From Clytia hemisphaerica (taxonomy: Eukaryota): 64,000 nt of DNA. This document shows, piece by piece, positions 62,638 through 64,000 of the stretch. The stretch spans positions 238,032-302,031 of the forward strand of contig NW_027104315.1 in NCBI RefSeq assembly GCF_902728285.1. Reading direction: 5' to 3'. The notes below the pieces were generated by a model. The model was given only the letters and a program-made list of their open reading frames with translations. It ran no database searches and was not told where the DNA came from. The position numbers and the translations under genes are program-made. Position 1 is the first letter of the stretch. Every line of letters begins with the position of its first letter.

Positions 62638-63205
62638 GTAAAGCCCGAAGGGCTACAATCCCAAAATACTTAGCACAAAAGGGAAATTTTTTTAAACACA
62701 AACAATTTGGAAGTGCTCTAAATTAGGTTGGAAGGGTAGAGTTTTAACTTTTTAGTTTTAACGCTAGACTTAAGTCTTAGGACCTTAGGATCTGAGGATT
62801 CAAAAGTTCAAAAATGGTCCAGCAGGGCTTAAAATATAGCCTCGAAACCAATAAATCCCTCTCAGATCGAAATATTCGATGAAATCAAGTTGAAGGCCTG
62901 AAATTGACATTCTCGCTCGAACAATTTTCGAAAAATGGTAAAATAGCCAAAATTGCCAATATTTTATGGTACTGATTTTAGATCTGCGGCTTTTATCGAA
63001 AAGTGAAGCAAATTTTGATCGGATTTCCTACCAAAGAAATCACGTGACAACAAGCCATTTTACTTTTTTGAGAGGTACTACTTTTTTTTTTATCTCGCGC
63101 TCCAAAAATAAACAAAATGCTAGATCCTATCCATCGGCACGAAATTTAAAAAGTCGTTTTTTTTTGCTAGAGAAAGCTTAAAGTTGCCTATCTAGCCCTT
63201 CGGAC
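62638..63205. mobile_element. Third, longer member of about 570 bp with TAAAGCCCGAAGGGCTAC and TAGCCCTTCGGACTTTA termini.
   Basis: Termini were read directly with 1-2 mismatches. ORF 62966..63181 is internal and probably spurious. Confidence 0.4.
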
Positions 63206-64000
63206 TTTATAGATCGTGGAATTTTCTCAAGGAGATGTTTATAACAACAATTATAATCTCTTCTGTGAAAAAAGTTCCACTGTGGAAAAACAGATCAGTT
63301 CCAAAACTTTCTGATTTTGAAACATTTTCTGGAATTTTTTTTAAGCAGAGAATTGAAACAAGTTTCGACAATGGTAATTCCAGTTTTAAAATCTTAAATA
63401 GTTATCAGAGTATTATTAGAGCAACGGTTAAAGTACTTGAGTGTGGACCACATGCAGGGATCTTCCTAAATACCACATTGACCACAGGCTCATTCTTTCC
63501 CATGTTCATTCAGCTAAGCGAAAATCGTCAAGGCTACAAACAGCACCGGTTAAAGTACTTGAAAGTAGACCATGTCCATAGACTTTACCACTTTATTACT
63601 TAGTTTACCACCCTAAACTCGATTCAATCCTTTTTTACACTTTTTTCTGTTGTCTTTAGGTACGAAAAAAGTGGTGGTAAAACGGAAAAAAATACCTGCG
63701 TGACAATTGGCGGCTACGATCGAAAAGGTCATTACGAACGTTTCTTATGAACTCAGATAATTTGTCTAATCTCTTTCAATTCCTAGGGGGGCCGGGCATG
63801 TGCCGCCAAATAAATGACTGTCAAAATCGGATCCTTACAGTGCAGCCCTTGTGTAGTAAAAAGGTACCCTTACATTTTAGCAAGCGCTTCTGATCCTTGC
63901 AGTGTAGATTTCACATCTTATTATTTTTACTATCAGTCTTGCAATGTAGTCCCCCCGAACACACAATAACCCTAGCAAAGCCTACCCTTGAGGGCGGCAC

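Overview
This window is eukaryotic, not prokaryotic. It is AT-rich, intron-containing metazoan DNA dense with MITEs, SINEs and LINE fragments. The combination of a cytoplasmic actin gene, STAND/NACHT genes and many MITEs is consistent with a cnidarian (Hydra-like) genome, but that is an inference only. The supplied six-frame ORFs are mostly exon fragments or chance frames, and the track uses GTG/TTG starts.

Main content:
- (1) Two tandem, head-to-tail paralogous multi-exon genes on the minus strand. Each encodes an NWD1-like STAND NTPase with an N-myristoylation motif, DUF4062, a NACHT domain (Walker A GEPGCGKSG, Walker B LFVIIIDAVNQ) and WD40 repeats. Paralog B was reconstructed end to end as 19 exons, with ATG at 35453 and TAA stop at 16273-16275. 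All splice phases are mutually consistent and the CDS is 4623 nt (1540 aa). Paralog A begins at ATG 15647 and is traced through 12 exons to 4295, then continues beyond the window start. Only about 625 bp separate the stop of B from the ATG of A.
- (2) The paralogs are mosaic. From about 200 bp upstream of the ATG to a point inside exon 10 they are near-identical. The 3' WD40-encoding part is only about half identical at protein level.
- (3) A two-exon cytoplasmic actin gene on the plus strand (55018-55272 and 56478-57353, 376 codons). Its single intron carries a piggyBac-like MITE flanked by TTAA.
- (4) A tRNA-derived SINE family with three copies. Two are antisense copies about 30 nt upstream of the Walker-A exon acceptor in both paralogs. 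One is a fresh plus-strand copy with an 8-bp target-site duplication.
- (5) Two 5'-truncated LINE fragments. One, carrying reverse-transcriptase motifs, lies in intron 14 of paralog B. The other is an ORF2 tail on the plus strand with a MITE nested in its C-terminal zinc knuckle.
- (6) At least a dozen MITE or foldback elements of several families, a 220-bp tandem satellite, and microsatellites.

No CRISPR array, rRNA gene or bona fide tRNA gene was found.
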